Shown here one piece after another: positions 9,318-17,774 of a DNA stretch of 64,000 bases. Made by a program: the position numbers and the translations under genes. Position 1 is the first letter of the stretch, and each line of letters begins with the position of its first letter. Origin of the DNA: Gemmatimonadaceae bacterium (GTDB lineage Bacteria > Gemmatimonadota > Gemmatimonadetes > Gemmatimonadales > Gemmatimonadaceae); the NCBI GenBank assembly GCA_025928335.1, contig JAICJQ010000004.1:6228-70227 (forward strand). The letters run 5' to 3'. Under the pieces are notes generated by a model. It was given only the letters and a program-made list of their open reading frames with translations, was not told the DNA's origin and made no database searches.

Positions 9318-9614
9318 ATGGACCCAGACCGGGAAGTTTCGCTGAACGCAGCCGCCATCTATTGGCGTGAGCTGCCCGGCGGTGGCTATGTGGCGATCGA
9401 CGTCCGCCGAGAGCGAGAGGTTCCTAAGAGTTGCGTGTCGGTGGAGCGACGCGCGAAGCACGAGCGACGAGGCGGCCACACGCCGATTGTGATCGCCGAG
9501 GCCGATGGTGACGAACGATCGCCGGCTTTCGCTGAGTTGTATCGACTGGCGGCGGACAACGCCGCGATCGCGCGAGCGCTACTCGAGATCCAGGGACCGC
9601 AGCGCGCCGATTGA
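9318..9614 (+). CDS. Hypothetical protein (98 aa)
   Basis: GGAGA RBS, starts 15 nt after the ligD stop, protein-like composition. Confidence 0.6.
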   Translation: MDPDREVSLNAAAIYWRELPGGGYVAIDVRREREVPKSCVSVERRAKHERRGGHTPIVIAEADGDERSPAFAELYRLAADNAAIARALLEIQGPQRAD

Positions 9615-9617
9615 TCG

Positions 9618-10316
9618 TTAGCCGAGCGCGTCGAACCGGACGCCCCGCCGTGCGCGACGACGTCGCGGGGGAGCGTAGCGGAAGAGCTGCGCGGGACGTC
9701 CCCGTCCCTCGCTGCGCCATTCGTCCGTCGCTTCGACAAGCGACGCTGCGTGAAGGGCGCGGCGAAAGCTGGCCTTGTGCAGCTTGCGTCCAAGCAGAAG
9801 CTCATAAATCCGCTGCAGGTCGCTCAGCGTGAATACCGGCGGGAGCAAGCGGAAGGCGATCGGCTGTTGATCCACACGAGCGCGCAGCGCCTCGCGCGCG
9901 GCTTCTACGTCGTCACGCTGACGCGGCGCCAGTGATGCGAGCGTGTCCGATACGTCGAGCCACGCGTGCGGCGAGCGAACGGCCGTTCCCGTGGGTAGTA
10001 GTCCAAAGTACAGCACCGTGAGCCGAAACTTGTCGGCCGACGGCCGAGCGCCGAATGTGGCGACCTGCTCGATGACGGTCGGCGCGGTCGGCGCGGTCGG
10101 CGCGACTTCCTTGGCCAGGTCCAGAGCGCACTGATCGGGCGTCTCATCGGTCCCGAGCGTCGAAACCGGGAGCATCAGTTTGAAACGAGATCGCTCGTCG
10201 GCCGCGGAGCGCACGACGACGCCCAGCTCGCCGTCATGTGGCGTGAAGAGCACAAGCTCGACGCCGACGGCAAATCCGCGCGCGGAAGCGCGTCGCGACG
10301 ACGAACGATCGCTCAT
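9618..10316 (-). CDS. NrtR-type transcriptional regulator (degenerate Nudix domain plus winged HTH)
   Basis: C-terminal FRLLPPVFTLSDLQRIYELLLGRKLHKASFRR...GRGRPAQLFRY is typical of the NrtR wHTH; Nudix box eroded (LPVSTLGTDETPDQCALDLAKE). Confidence 0.85.
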   Translation of the reverse strand: MSDRSSSRRASARGFAVGVELVLFTPHDGELGVVVRSAADERSRFKLMLPVSTLGTDETPDQCALDLAKEVAPTAPTAPTVIEQVATFGARPSADKFRLTVLYFGLLPTGTAVRSPHAWLDVSDTLASLAPRQRDDVEAAREALRARVDQQPIAFRLLPPVFTLSDLQRIYELLLGRKLHKASFRRALHAASLVEATDEWRSEGRGRPAQLFRYAPPRRRRARRGVRFDALG

Positions 10317-10377
10317 GCGCGCGAATTAGTGGCAGGCTGTCAATAACGTCAAGACACCGACGACGGGCGAGGGCCGC

Positions 10378-12228
10378 CTAGGGTAAGGCTGATCGCGCCA
10401 GGCCAGCGCCGAAAGAGAGGACCGGGGGGATGCTGATCGGGAGACGGCCGCTGATGGCTGCGGTGCCGAGAAGGGCGTGGGCAGCCGCGTTTTGCGAGAC
10501 CGGAAAACCTCCCCACGCGACGACGTAGGTGGACGCGTCCGGGACCTGCTGCAACAAATACGGATTGCCGAAGGCGACGAGGATTGTCCGGGGGTGGCGT
10601 CGGACGAGCGTGCGAAGAAAGCGCGCGACGGGCTCCGGTGCGTTGGGATTGGAAACGTTGGTGCCGGTCGTGATGTAGGAGCTGATGATGGCAACGTCCG
10701 AGGAGTCAGCGGCGCCGAGTAGACGATCAAAGTTCGTGGACGGATCGTCGGGCACGATTTGCTCGGTGCGGAGGTCCGCAAAAGAGCGTCGTAATTCGGC
10801 GTTGAAGGTGGCGCCCGCGGCGAGGTCGGTGCGGCCGGCGATCGAGATCGAGAGCACGCGTCGAGCAGGATTCCCGGAGCGCCCAATCGGAACGAGGGAA
10901 AGAGAATCCTTCGCCAGCGTAACGGCGCGTTGTGCTATCGCGGCGGCGGTGGCGAGATGGGCCGTATCGCCAACGATGGCGCGGAGTGAATCGAGATCGA
11001 CGACGCGTTGCCGATTCAAGCCAAGTCGCTGCTTGATCTCGAGGACGCGCCGAACGGACGAGTCGACCCGCGCTTGTGTGAATCGGCCCTCGCGTACACC
11101 ACTGACGACAGCATCGATTGCCGCGGGCACGTCGCTTGGCATAAGCAGAATGTCCGCGCCAGCGGCGACGGCGAGCTTACAGGCTTCGGCGATATTCAAC
11201 GCGTTCTTGATCGCGCCGTAGTTGCCGCTCGCCGACTGGCCGGCGGACGACCCCGTCGTGACGCGTGACAGGACACCGTTCATGTCCATCGCGTCGGTGA
11301 TGAGCAACCCCTTGAATCCAAGCTGTTTGCGCAGCAATCCCGTCATGATCGCGGGATTGAGTGTCGCAGGAACGGACGCGGTGTCGAGAGCCGGCACGAG
11401 GCCATGAAAGGTCATCATACCGTCGATGCCGGCGGCGATCGCTCGACGGAATGGCACGAGCTCCACCGAGTCGATACGCGCGCGGCTCGCATGGACTGTC
11501 GTAATGGTGAGATGTGAATTCTCGTCGGTGTCGCCGTGCCCGGGAAAATGCTTCCCGGTGGCGAGCACGCCGTGATCCTGCAGGCCATGGATCAGCGCTT
11601 GGCCCATGTCGGCGACGAGCCGCGGATCCTCACCGAAGGAGCGCATTCCGATGACGGGGTTCGCCGGATTGTTGTTGACGTCGAGCACGGGAGCGAAGGC
11701 GATGTGAACGCCGAGCGCGCGCGCCTCGATGGCGGTGATCCGTCCCTCTTGATAGGCGAGCGACGTGTCGCGTGTGGCGCCGAGCCCCATTTGATATGGG
11801 AACATCGTGCCGCCGCCGAGATAAATGTTGTTGGGAAGGAAGTATCCGCCGCGCTGGCGAAAGGCGACGCCGGTTTCGTAGTCCGCGCCGACGACCAGTG
11901 GCAGCGCGCTGAGTCGCTGCATGGCGTTGAGCTTTTCGGCGGTCTCCGTCGGAGAACCGATGGACATGATGAAGCCGCCGACGTGCTCGTGCGCGATGAG
12001 CTGCTGCACGCGAATCCAACCGGGGCTCGACGTTGGCGTGTAGTCGCCGAACAATTGAGGCCAGACCAACTGGGCGGCGCGGTCGCGCGGCGACATTGTC
12101 GCAAGCACGGAGTCGGCCCAGTGCGCCGCGCCGGGCGTTGCTCCGGGAACGCGTGCGACGACTGACGTCGCGCAACCCAAGGCCGACGTCGCGGCGAACA
12201 GCGCGGCGAGCCGACGGACTTCGCTCAC
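10378..12228 (-). CDS. Glycoside hydrolase family 3 (NagZ-like beta-N-acetylglucosaminidase), probable lipoprotein
   Basis: GADYETG, APVLDV, RSFGEDP, KHFPGHG, ITDAMDM. GTG start at 12228 overlaps the upstream stop (GTGA); lipobox ALGC. Confidence 0.9.
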   Translation of the reverse strand: MSEVRRLAALFAATSALGCATSVVARVPGATPGAAHWADSVLATMSPRDRAAQLVWPQLFGDYTPTSSPGWIRVQQLIAHEHVGGFIMSIGSPTETAEKLNAMQRLSALPLVVGADYETGVAFRQRGGYFLPNNIYLGGGTMFPYQMGLGATRDTSLAYQEGRITAIEARALGVHIAFAPVLDVNNNPANPVIGMRSFGEDPRLVADMGQALIHGLQDHGVLATGKHFPGHGDTDENSHLTITTVHASRARIDSVELVPFRRAIAAGIDGMMTFHGLVPALDTASVPATLNPAIMTGLLRKQLGFKGLLITDAMDMNGVLSRVTTGSSAGQSASGNYGAIKNALNIAEACKLAVAAGADILLMPSDVPAAIDAVVSGVREGRFTQARVDSSVRRVLEIKQRLGLNRQRVVDLDSLRAIVGDTAHLATAAAIAQRAVTLAKDSLSLVPIGRSGNPARRVLSISIAGRTDLAAGATFNAELRRSFADLRTEQIVPDDPSTNFDRLLGAADSSDVAIISSYITTGTNVSNPNAPEPVARFLRTLVRRHPRTILVAFGNPYLLQQVPDASTYVVAWGGFPVSQNAAAHALLGTAAISGRLPISIPPVLSFGAGLARSALP

Positions 12229-12503
12229 CACTGAATGGTGCCCTTCTTCGAGGTGTCGACTTCCTCCTCCGAGGCCGACTTGAAGAGAAAGCCCTGCATG
12301 TTCTGCTTCAAGAAGCTTCGCGCCTGCGGATCCATGACGTTCAGGCCATAGTGGTTGATCAGCATCGTCTGCTGTCGGAGCCACTGCCCCCAACAGTCCT
12401 GGCAGATTTGTTCGACGATGCGCTGGCCGATTGCGCCGGGAAATGGTGGGCGCTCAAAGGCAGGTTTGACCTGGCCGCAACGTACGCAGGTGATCTCAGA
12501 CAT
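12225..12503 (-). CDS. yggX: Fe(II)-trafficking / oxidative damage protection protein (YggX family)
   Basis: PPFPGAIGQRIVEQICQDCWGQWLRQQTMLINHYGL...ARSFLKQNMQGFLF matches the YggX pattern. Confidence 0.88.
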   Translation of the reverse strand: MSEITCVRCGQVKPAFERPPFPGAIGQRIVEQICQDCWGQWLRQQTMLINHYGLNVMDPQARSFLKQNMQGFLFKSASEEEVDTSKKGTIQW

Positions 12504-12539
12504 AAAGTGTTGGTTGGACGTTCCGCAATTTAGGGACTC

Positions 12540-12595
12540 GGCGACGGGCGACGGGCGACGGGCGACGGGCGGCGGGCGGTGGCCGGCGGGTGGTG
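12540..12595. repeat. Tandem heptamer repeat (GGCGACG)n, 4 perfect plus 4 degenerate units
   Basis: ggcgacg x4, then ggcggcg, ggcggtg, gccggcg, ggtggtg, all in phase. Confidence 0.85.
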
Positions 12596-12606
12596 GCATG
12601 CGGGCG

Positions 12607-12635
12607 AAAAAAAGGGGTCGCCGTGTGGCGACCCC
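12607..12635 (-). terminator. Intrinsic terminator of the desaturase gene
   Basis: GGGGTCGCC-4 nt loop-GGCGACCCC stem followed by T7 on the minus strand. Confidence 0.85.
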
Positions 12636-12659
12636 ATTATGACTGCCAGACGATTCTTA

Positions 12660-13427
12660 TCAGTGACCGCGAGCGTAGTCGACCTTGGCGAGCCGAACGA
12701 ACTGGAGCATGCGAATGTAGACCCAGCCGATGTCGAACTCGAACCACCGCGCGGCGAAACGAGCTGACTTTGGATCGGCGTGGTGATTGTTGTGGAGCTC
12801 TTCGCCGCCGAGCCAGATGGCGATCGGCGAGATGTTCCGGCTCTCGTCCTTCACGGGGAAGTTGCGATATCCGAGGGCGTGCCCGACGCCATTGACGATG
12901 CCGGCGGCCCAGAAAGGGATCCACATCATCTGGATGCCCCAAACAACAGGACCGATGAAGAAGCCGAAGAGATATACATCCGCGACGAGCATGATCAGAA
13001 TGCCGAGCCAATTCAGACGGCTCAGGAGGTGCCGCTCGATCCAATCATTGGGAGTTCCCTTGCCGTACTTCTCCAGCATACCGGGTTGGCGCACGGCGCG
13101 ACGATAGTAGAACGCGCCCTTAAAGACGATGTTGCGGAGCCCCTCGAGCAACGGGCTGTGGGGATCGCCTTCGCGATCGGCAAAGGCATGGTGCTTCCGA
13201 TGGCACGCGACCCACTCCTTGGTCACTATCGCGGTGGTCAGCCAAAGCCAGAGTCGCATGGGAAGCGCCGCGAGGTAGTGCAACCGAACGCCACGATGCG
13301 TCTGCGCACGGTGGAGAAAGAGCGTAACGCAAACATTGGTGACGTGGCCTGCGATGACCACGAAGAGAATGGGCACCCACCAGCGACCTGCCCAAACGCC
13401 GAAACCTGGCATTGCTGAACTCCGCAC
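12660..13427 (-). CDS. Delta-9-type acyl-CoA/fatty acid desaturase (start may be ATG 13412)
   Basis: Three His boxes HRAQTH, HRKHH and HNNHH plus transmembrane segments. Confidence 0.93.
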   Translation of the reverse strand: MRSSAMPGFGVWAGRWWVPILFVVIAGHVTNVCVTLFLHRAQTHRGVRLHYLAALPMRLWLWLTTAIVTKEWVACHRKHHAFADREGDPHSPLLEGLRNIVFKGAFYYRRAVRQPGMLEKYGKGTPNDWIERHLLSRLNWLGILIMLVADVYLFGFFIGPVVWGIQMMWIPFWAAGIVNGVGHALGYRNFPVKDESRNISPIAIWLGGEELHNNHHADPKSARFAARWFEFDIGWVYIRMLQFVRLAKVDYARGH

Positions 13428-13531
13428 TTGAGACCAAGGTCCAGGATCGCCAGTAGCGTCCCGGTCGAGCCGAGCAATTTAAGCTGACCCGGTCACTGCT
13501 GCCATGAGACGACGCGTGCTCAAGAACGCCA

Positions 13532-15592
13532 CTAGGGCTTTCCCTGATTCGGTGGACGTACGGCTGGCGCGGCGCTACCAGCCGCCGAGCCCGCCGGAGT
13601 GTCGGCAGGAGGAGCGTCTCCCCACACATCATTCGCGCTGTTGACGTCGGGTACGCTTGGATCGGGCCACAGGCGCACGCCGACGACAGACCGGCGAACG
13701 GGGATTGTTGCCATGTAGCGATCCGTTCTCGTCCAGATTTCCACTGGCAGCCGAACATCTGTCGTGGTCCGATCATCGAACTTGAGACGCATCGTGACCG
13801 GGAAGGGAATCGAAGTCGCCCGGCGGAGGTGCACTTCGACGACGTTTTCGCCCCCCGCCTGTCGCATCGTGACCCCGTCGACGGCGATGTCGAGAACGTC
13901 TGTGCCGTAGAAGAACGCGCGCCAGAACCAGCCGAGGTCTTGTCCGGAAACGTTTTCGACGGTGCGGAAAAAGTCGGCCGGCGTCGGATGCTTGAACGCC
14001 CAGCGGCGGACGTATTCTCGCATCGAACGATCCATCGCGTCGCGGCCGATAACGCCGCTCCGCAATGCGAGAAGCACAGCTCCCGGTTTGCGGTATGCCA
14101 TGGCGCCGAGGGCGTCAGGATCAATGCGATCGGCGGGCGTCATGACCGGCGATTGTCGGCCGCTCTCGACGGCCTGCCGCCAGCTACTGAGGTACGCCGG
14201 AAAGGCGACGGTGCCGGGGTTGCGTCGCTCGTTGGAAAAGGCGTTCTGGAAGGTGTTGAAGCCTTCATCCATCCAGGCGTGCCGCCGCTCGTTCGAGCCG
14301 ACGATCATCGGGAACCACTCGTGGCCCTGCTCGTGGTCGATCGTGCTGAAGGTCGACGCAGGGTCGGCGGTGCCGTAGCCGACCATGACCAACATGGGAT
14401 ACTCCATTCCCGCCACCGGGCCCGCGATGGAAGTCGCCTGCGGATACGGGTACCGCATCCAGAGGTCGGAGTATGTCTTGATCGCCCATTGCGTCTGTTC
14501 GGCCGCCGATTCCCACGCCTGACCCGCTTTAGGAGACTCATATAAGGCTTGTATCAACACGCCATCCCAACTGGTGGCGTCCCAACGGAAGTCGGGGGCG
14601 GCGGCCCATGCGGCGTCGCGCACGTGCTCAGCACGGAAACGCCAGCTTTTCGTTCCGGTGATGCCGCGTCGGCGTCTCGCGGCAGCCTCGTCCGCAGTGA
14701 CGACCTGGACGACTTGCGTCATCCGCGAGGCGCGCTCGAGGCGCTCGGCTTGACTCGTGGTGAGCACGTCGCGCGGGTTTTGGAGCGTTCCGCTTCCGGC
14801 AACGATGAAGCCGGATGGCACCGTGACGGTGTAGTCGATGTCGCCGTATTCGAGATAGAACTCACCTTGGCCGAGGTAGGGATCGGTGTTCCATCCCCGA
14901 GTGTCGTCGTACACCGCCATGCGCGGGTACCACTGCGCGACGAGGTAGAGTGAGCTGTCGCGCCCCATGCGATCGGAGCCGTGTTCGGGAACGGCGAACG
15001 AATACTGCATCCCAATGGTGAGCTGGCCCCCTTTCGGCAGCAGGGGGGTGTCCAAGTCGATTCGCATCATCGTGTCATCGACCTTACCGACTGTCCCGCG
15101 ACCATTTACCTGAAGGCCGGTGATCTCGTAGCCGCCTTGAAACCCTCGAACTCCGAAGCGTGACTGCGCGGCAAAGACGAAGCTCCCCTTACTGCCGGGC
15201 TTATAGAGGTTCTGGTCGAGCTGGAGCCAAACGAAACGGAGGGTGTCCGGCGAATTGTTTGTATAACGAATACTTACCGATCCGCGGACGGTCTTGTCCG
15301 TCGTATCCAAGGTCGCGGCGATGGTATAGTCGGCGCGCTGCTGCCAGTAGTCGGAACCCGGCGCGCCGGACGCTGTTCGGACGCGGGAGGGCGACGGCCA
15401 GTCGAAAGGATCGACGCCGTGGAAAGGATCATCGGCGACGGACGCAGGCGGACGTGTAACGGTAACGGGTGCCGGGGCCGAATTCGCGAAACGCGGGACG
15501 ACGAGCACAGGGGTGACAACCTGCGGTCCACGCCCGAAGCAGGCCGCGCTAAGTATCGCCCCGACAACCCCGAGTGCTTGCGCTGCTGGCAG
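13532..15592 (-). CDS. M1 family metalloaminopeptidase, probable lipoprotein (start codon uncertain)
   Basis: YWQQRADY, AQWYPR, GMEYP, HEQGH...WMDEG, YRKP, WAFKHP. The ORF-track extension to 16105 is the antisense of the aldo/keto reductase. Confidence 0.88.
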   Translation of the reverse strand: MPAAQALGVVGAILSAACFGRGPQVVTPVLVVPRFANSAPAPVTVTRPPASVADDPFHGVDPFDWPSPSRVRTASGAPGSDYWQQRADYTIAATLDTTDKTVRGSVSIRYTNNSPDTLRFVWLQLDQNLYKPGSKGSFVFAAQSRFGVRGFQGGYEITGLQVNGRGTVGKVDDTMMRIDLDTPLLPKGGQLTIGMQYSFAVPEHGSDRMGRDSSLYLVAQWYPRMAVYDDTRGWNTDPYLGQGEFYLEYGDIDYTVTVPSGFIVAGSGTLQNPRDVLTTSQAERLERASRMTQVVQVVTADEAAARRRRGITGTKSWRFRAEHVRDAAWAAAPDFRWDATSWDGVLIQALYESPKAGQAWESAAEQTQWAIKTYSDLWMRYPYPQATSIAGPVAGMEYPMLVMVGYGTADPASTFSTIDHEQGHEWFPMIVGSNERRHAWMDEGFNTFQNAFSNERRNPGTVAFPAYLSSWRQAVESGRQSPVMTPADRIDPDALGAMAYRKPGAVLLALRSGVIGRDAMDRSMREYVRRWAFKHPTPADFFRTVENVSGQDLGWFWRAFFYGTDVLDIAVDGVTMRQAGGENVVEVHLRRATSIPFPVTMRLKFDDRTTTDVRLPVEIWTRTDRYMATIPVRRSVVGVRLWPDPSVPDVNSANDVWGDAPPADTPAGSAAGSAAPAVRPPNQGKP

Positions 15593-15613
15593 AGCTTGGC
15601 TACCTCTGCTGCG

Positions 15614-16741
15614 ATGGCGCGAAAGACACCGAAAAAGACGGAGGGTATCGCCGCGATCGTCGATGGTCAGGCGACGCGAGCGGGGACGGCGCGTTATCGC
15701 GACCGTTTCAGCGCGGAGTTTGTCGCGGATCATTTTCGTGACACGTCCTTCACGGGTTACATGTCGTCCATCGGCATTGGCACCTACCTCGGTGACACTA
15801 CCGATGAGGATGACGCATCCTACACGACGGCAATCCAACACGCAGTTGGATCTGGGATCAATGTCATCGATACCGCGCTCAACTATCGGGCGCAGCGATC
15901 GGAACGAAGCGTCGGTGCTGCGATCCGGCGCGCGATCGAAGCCGGCGTAATCCAGCGAGACGAGATCGTCGTCTGCTCGAAGGCCGGGTATGTTCCGCTC
16001 GATGGTACTCCGCCCGCCACGCGAGAGGAATACCGAGAGTATGTGGAGCGCGAGTTTCTCGAGAAAGAAATCGTCCTCCGCGAAGAGCTGGTTGGTGGCG
16101 GCCACAGCTTAGCGCCGCGGTTTCTACGCTACTGCCTGGCGAAAAGCCGACAGAACCTCGGGCTCCGGACAATAGACACCTATTACCTCCACAACCCGGA
16201 GCAGCAAGCTCGTTCGGTGGAGCGTGAAACGCTCTACAGCCGGATCGAGGCGGCATTTGGGGTCTTGGAGGAGGCGGCGGAGCGCGGCGAAATCGGCATT
16301 TACGGTTGCGCGACGTGGAACGGCCTACGAACCCCTCGGGATTCGGCCGAGCATATCAGCTTGCATCGTTTGAACGCGATCGCGCATGGAATTGCGGGTG
16401 ACTCGCACCACTTCCGCGCGATTCAACTGCCGATCAACCTGGCGATGCCCGAGGCGATTCGGCAGCACACACAAACGATCGACGGAAATCAGGCGAGCGC
16501 GATCGAGGCGGCTCAGGCGTTGAACCTGACCGTGGTGGCGAGCGCCACGCTGCTGCAAGCAACTCTCGTCAAGGGACTGCCGCCGGAAATCGGGCAGCAC
16601 TATCCCGGCGCGTCGGACGCACAGCGGGCCATCCAGTTCGTTCGCTCGATCCCAGGGGTCACCACAGCGCTCGTCGGGATGCGGCGTGAGGCGCACGTCG
16701 ACGAAGATCTCGGCGCGGCTAGGGTTTCCACTCCGCGATAA
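15614..16741 (+). CDS. Aldo/keto reductase family oxidoreductase
   Basis: SIGIGTYLG, INVIDTALNY, VCSKAG, IDTYYLHNP, AIQLPIN, TALVGM. Confidence 0.9.
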   Translation: MARKTPKKTEGIAAIVDGQATRAGTARYRDRFSAEFVADHFRDTSFTGYMSSIGIGTYLGDTTDEDDASYTTAIQHAVGSGINVIDTALNYRAQRSERSVGAAIRRAIEAGVIQRDEIVVCSKAGYVPLDGTPPATREEYREYVEREFLEKEIVLREELVGGGHSLAPRFLRYCLAKSRQNLGLRTIDTYYLHNPEQQARSVERETLYSRIEAAFGVLEEAAERGEIGIYGCATWNGLRTPRDSAEHISLHRLNAIAHGIAGDSHHFRAIQLPINLAMPEAIRQHTQTIDGNQASAIEAAQALNLTVVASATLLQATLVKGLPPEIGQHYPGASDAQRAIQFVRSIPGVTTALVGMRREAHVDEDLGAARVSTPR

Positions 16742-17765
16742 AGAGATTCAGGTCGCCCTCCTTCGACGAGCGGCCGGATGCCCAAACCAGCGAGCGGCCG
16801 TCTGGGCTGAACATCGGGAAGCCGTCGAATTCCGCATGGTGGGTCACCTGCTCCAAGCCCGATCCGTCGGCGTTGACGAGATAGAGCTCGAAGTTTCGGC
16901 TGCGCGGATTCTTGTAATTCGACGAGAAGATGATCTGCTTGCCGTCGGGCGTGAAATACGGCGCGAAGTTGGCGCCGCCGAGGTTCGTTATCTGATGTTG
17001 GCCGGAGCCGTCGGCGTTCATGACCCAGATCTCCATCCGATTGGGCCGCACGAGCCGTTGCTTGAGTAAATCCTGATAATTGGTGAGCGCAGTGTCGCTC
17101 GGATGCCAGGCGCGATAGACGATCTGCTTTCCGTCTGGCGAGAAGAACGGCCCGCCGTCGTAGCCTGCGGCGGTCGTGAGCCGCCTCAAGCCGGTGCCGT
17201 CGACGCGCATCGTGTAGATATCGAGGTCGCCATCCTTGAGCGACGTGAATACGATGGTTTGGCCGTCCGGCGACAGCGTACCTTCGGCGGTATAGACGCC
17301 ATAGTTGGTCAGCCGCTTGAGACCAGAACCGTCCGGGTTGGCCGTGTAGATGTCGTACGGGTCGAGACCCCAGACGTAGCCCTTGGATGGATCGGGTTTG
17401 ACCGGACAAGCGGCAGCGGCGGCGTGGGTCGAACCGAAAAAGATCTTTCGGTCGCCGTCATAGAAGTAGCCGCACGTGGTTTTTCCAAGGCCGTTAGAAA
17501 CACGATGGACGTCGGACCCATCAACGTTCATCACGAACTCCTGGTCGCAGCCGTTGCCGTCGCGCGTCGACTGGAAGATCAGGCGCCTACCGTCGTGGCT
17601 GAAATACGCCTCGGCGTTTTCGGCGCCGAAGGTGAGCTGTCGAATCTTGCCGAAGTGTCGCTCACCGGCTTCGGGCGTGGGACCTGTTGCGGCAGGATGC
17701 CGCGAACATGTGGAAACCGCCGCCGCGACTGTGATCGCGGCGGCGGCGGATGTCAGTAGGCGCAT
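16719..17765 (-). CDS. TolB-like PD40/WD40 beta-propeller protein, exported
   Basis: Repeated FSPDG..I.F blades; signal peptide; AENAEAYFS and GKTTCGYF segments. Confidence 0.88.
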   Translation of the reverse strand: MRLLTSAAAAITVAAAVSTCSRHPAATGPTPEAGERHFGKIRQLTFGAENAEAYFSHDGRRLIFQSTRDGNGCDQEFVMNVDGSDVHRVSNGLGKTTCGYFYDGDRKIFFGSTHAAAAACPVKPDPSKGYVWGLDPYDIYTANPDGSGLKRLTNYGVYTAEGTLSPDGQTIVFTSLKDGDLDIYTMRVDGTGLRRLTTAAGYDGGPFFSPDGKQIVYRAWHPSDTALTNYQDLLKQRLVRPNRMEIWVMNADGSGQHQITNLGGANFAPYFTPDGKQIIFSSNYKNPRSRNFELYLVNADGSGLEQVTHHAEFDGFPMFSPDGRSLVWASGRSSKEGDLNLFIAEWKP

Positions 17766-17774
17766 GCCCAGAAT

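Noticed and set aside
12229..12393. Extended N-terminus of the GH3 ORF
   Set aside because: Lies within yggX in another frame; the GTG at 12228 gives a proper signal peptide.
15593..16105. Extended N-terminus of the 857-aa M1 peptidase ORF
   Set aside because: It overlaps the clearly real aldo/keto reductase on the opposite strand and is not peptidase-like.
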